Assembly (NCBI RefSeq): GCF_020745735.1
Contig: NC_083426.1
Location: forward strand, 29,760,001-29,824,000
DNA from: Hemiscyllium ocellatum
Taxonomy: Eukaryota
Length of the DNA stretch: 64,000 nt
Direction: 5' to 3'
In this document: positions 60,815-64,000 of the stretch, one piece after another
How positions within the stretch are numbered: position 1 is the stretch's first letter
How the letters are laid out: every line of letters starts with the position of its first letter
Notes under the pieces: generated by a model
The model's database searches: none
What the model was told of the DNA's origin: nothing
What the model saw: the letters and a program-made list of their open reading frames with translations, nothing else
Made by a program: the position numbers and the translations under genes

Positions 60815-62250
60815 GATTGGAGGTGAGTGGTTATTTTGATCCAGACTCTAGGAAATGGTCAAGCAAAGTTTATTTTCCAAAACTTTTTTGCTTTGGGGAA
60901 GGTTCCATTAGATGGGAATACACCAAATGTGATTATTCAGCAGGGGAGGAGACAGAAAACAGTAAGTTACAGACCAGTTTTTTTTTGATAGCTGTCATAC
61001 GGAAAATGTTAGAAACTTTAACTAAAGACATTATAGCGAGGCACTTAGGTAAGGTCAACATAATCCTGCAGAGTTAGTAAGGTTTTGTGAAAGGTAAATC
61101 ATCTTTAACCAATCTATCAAAGTCTTTGAGGAAGTAACACATTCAGTGTATAAGAGTGACTTGGGTATATAGTGTACTTCAATTTAAAGAAATAATTTGA
61201 TAAGGTGCCACAGAAAGTAGAAGCTCGTGGTGTAGAGGGTAGCATGTTGGCATGGACAGAGGATTGGCTGGATATCAGGAAGTAGAGAGAAGGCAAAAAT
61301 GGGTCATTTTCAGATTGACACGTTATAATGAGTGTTGTGCCACAGAAAGTGGTGCTGGGATCTTTACTGCTTCCAATTTATATCAATAACTTGGATGAAG
61401 AGATCGAAGATATAGTTGCTGCATTTGCTGATATCAAGAAGACAAGTTGAAAAATAAGTTACAAAGGGGACTTAAGGAGGCTACGAAAAGATATACTTTT
61501 AAGTAGTGGGCAAATGGAATATAACATGGGGGAAAAAATGAATGTACTTCCGCTTTGGCAGAAAGAATAAAAAGTAAACATTTTGTCTAAATGGTGAGAG
61601 ATTGCAGAACTTTGGGATGCAGAGATAGCTTGATGTCCTGGTACATGAATTGCATAAGGCGAGTGTGTATGAATATGTGAAACCTCATACAATATTATCA
61701 TTTATTGTGGAGTGCGTTGAATAAAAAAGATAGAGATGTCTATACAGATCATTGAGAGACCACATCTAACTATTGTGTACAGTATTGGTCAACCTATTTA
61801 AGGGAGGATATAAATGTTTTGGAGCAGTTCAGAGAAGGTTTGCTAGTCTAATACTGGGAATGGCTACATTATGTTATGAGGAAATACTGGACAGACTATG
61901 CTTACATCTACTGGAATTTGGAAGAAAAAGAGGTGACTTGATTAAGACATTAGATCCTGAGGGGTCTTTGACAAGATGATGTTTCCCCTTAATGGAAAAT
62001 CAAGAACTAGGGTCACTGGTTAAAAATCAGAGATGAGATGAAATTTCTTCTCCCAGTTTCACGAATCTGTGGAACACTCTTTCTGAGAAAATGTTAGAAG
62101 AGGCATCCTTGAATATTTTAAAGACAGAGATGGATAGCTTCTTGTTAAGAAAGGTGAAAGGTTATCTGGGATAGTGTGGATTTGGAGTTGAGGTTATTAA
62201 ATAGTAGAGAAGACCCCAGGAGCCTAGTGGCCTATTTCTGCTGTTTATAC
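60815..62250 (+). mobile_element. Old CR1-clade LINE (RT to 3' end)
   Basis: Degenerate FDKVP, YINNL..FAD, VQRRF..RGDLI motifs. Confidence 0.75.
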
Positions 62251-62429
62251 ATTTACAACACAAAATGCAACTCACTTGAAAACTTGGGAGGCAGTAAACA
62301 TGGGCTTTGCCTATCATGTTCTGCCTGTTAAATGTGTTGTTCAAAGTAACTAATGGTACTGTTTAAATAATTTAAGCACAAATGTTTATGTAAAAGGATA
62401 TGGAATAAGCTATTTGTGGGGCATTTTCC

Positions 62430-62758
62430 CTGGTGCTTCGAAGGATAGGGTGAATACCAAGGTCTTCTCTCTAGGGGAGTCCAAAACTAGAGGGTAGAGG
62501 TCTAAGGTGAGAGGGGAATGATTTAGAAGGAATCTGAGGAGTAACTACTTCACGTAGAGAGTGGTGCGCATATTGAATGAGCGGCCAGAGGAAGTGGTGG
62601 AGGTTGGTACAATGACAACATTTAAAAGGTCTCTGGATGGGTACATAAATCGGAACGGTTTAGAGGGATAGAGGTCAAATGCTGGCAAATGGCACTCGAT
62701 CAGTTTAGGATATCTGATCAGCACAGGCCTGTTTACATGCTGGATAATTCTATGACTC
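62430..62758 (+). mobile_element. CR1-clade (HER1-like) LINE 3' fragment
   Basis: RGE.FRRNLRSNYFT.RVV..NE.PEEVVE plus tail. Confidence 0.75.
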
Positions 62759-62853
62759 TCTGACTGAGATGAGGAAAATTTTCTTGACTCAAAGGTTAGT
62801 GAACCTGTAGAATTCTCTACCACAGACGGATGTAGAGGCAAAGGCACTGAATA

Positions 62854-63075
62854 CAGTAGTCCCCCAGTACCCGCAGGGGATACGTTCAAACACCTACTGC
62901 CGACGCCCCAAACCATGGATAGGTGCAAACCCGTTCATTTAAATGGGAAATTTACCTCCCTGGCAGAACCCTGGTCCCCGGTTCTGGAATGTTCCACGTA
63001 ATTTACTGCGGGTCACGATAAACCACGGGTAACTGAAACCGCGGAAACTGATTCCACAGATAGGCAGTTGACCTG
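62854..63075. mobile_element. TcMar/Tigger-type MITE with TA target duplication
   Basis: ta|cagtagtcccccagtacccgcagggga...gaaaccgcggaaac..gacctg|ta, inserted in a LINE remnant. Termini resemble Tigger/MER2-type elements. Confidence 0.65.
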
Positions 63076-63739
63076 TATACTCAAGAAACATCTTTTCTAG
63101 AAATTTTTGGATATTAAATACATCAAGGGATATCGGGAGAAAGTGGGATTATGGCCTTGAAATAACCATGACCATTTGAATGGCAGAGCAGGCTTGAAGG
63201 GACAAATGATCTTTTTCTGCTTCTTGTCTCTATGATTCTACATCATTAATTTTAGGAAGTACTGAAGAATTATCTAAAATCATGTGCTTCTGGATGGTAC
63301 CCAGAAAATAATGTATATAACTGAATCTCTGATATGTTGTCTTCTTGCACATAAAAGTACATTCATCTTTACACTGAAAGCCTTCATTAATTCCGGTCTT
63401 TCTGAATGGTGTTAATCTTGTCAGTTACCTGGTTACTCTCAATGTTGCAGGGTCTTTTATGTGATTGTAGAGGGACTTTTGTAGTTGGCAGTAACCAAGC
63501 ATAATGTTTCTATCTTGCAATGTTCTTCATGCCAATCTACTGGCATTTACCCAGTTGCTTTCTCTGTAACTACAGCAATGTCATATACTGTTAAAATATA
63601 ACCTGTTACTTTCCCCTTACACTGCTTGGGTGAAAAATGTAATTCTCTATTTGCAGCTATTTTAAAATCTGTCAGCACAACCTAATGTGCTAATAAATTG
63701 AATGCAGTTGGATTTATTCTTTTTCATTATGTCAATTAG

Positions 63740-64000
63740 AGTCTTTTGGTTTTTAGCTATACGTTGTCATTGTCAACAGGAATACTGCCAGAAGAGCAAA
63801 TGTTGTCCCCCTTGTTCAAGAAGGGGAGTAGGGACAATCCTGGTAATTGACCCTTACTTTGGTTGTGGGTAAAATATTGGAAAGAATTACAAGAGATAGG
63901 ATTTATAATCCTCTGGAAAGAAATAATTTGATTAGGGATAGTCAGCACGGTTTTGTGAACAGTACATCGTGCCTCACAAACCTTATTGAGTTCTTTGAGA
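63740..64000 (+). mobile_element. CR1-clade LINE ORF2 fragment running off the window
   Basis: ANVVPLFKKGSRDNPGN..VVGKILE..SQHGFV..SCLTNLIEFF. Confidence 0.85.

Overview
Vertebrate genomic DNA, almost certainly an elasmobranch (shark), judged from HE1-type V-SINEs, HER1/CR1 LINEs and abundant Penelope-like elements (PLEs). Three genes can be read from the sequence. (1) C6orf89/BRAP: first two coding exons on the minus strand, with a CpG-island promoter near 20.3 kb; the gene continues off the left edge. (2) A complete motilin (MLN) preprohormone gene on the plus strand that the ORF track misses: 4 coding exons, 40503-46189, 108 aa. (3) LEMD2 exons 1-3 on the plus strand from 50946, continuing off the right edge. 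Most remaining sequence is decayed retroelements. Highlights: the motilin is strikingly ghrelin-like (mature N-terminus FLTFLSPRDYQK, ghrelin-like C-peptide); LEMD2 carries about 22 copies of a 12-aa Ser/Tyr-rich repeat in its nucleoplasmic domain; at least four PLE-derived families carry minimal type-I hammerhead ribozymes, often as inverted pairs with 13-15 bp target-site duplications (TSDs); and a ~290-bp non-coding block is duplicated upstream of motilin. All homology comparisons are from remembered reference sequences, not database searches. Repeat boundaries are approximate.
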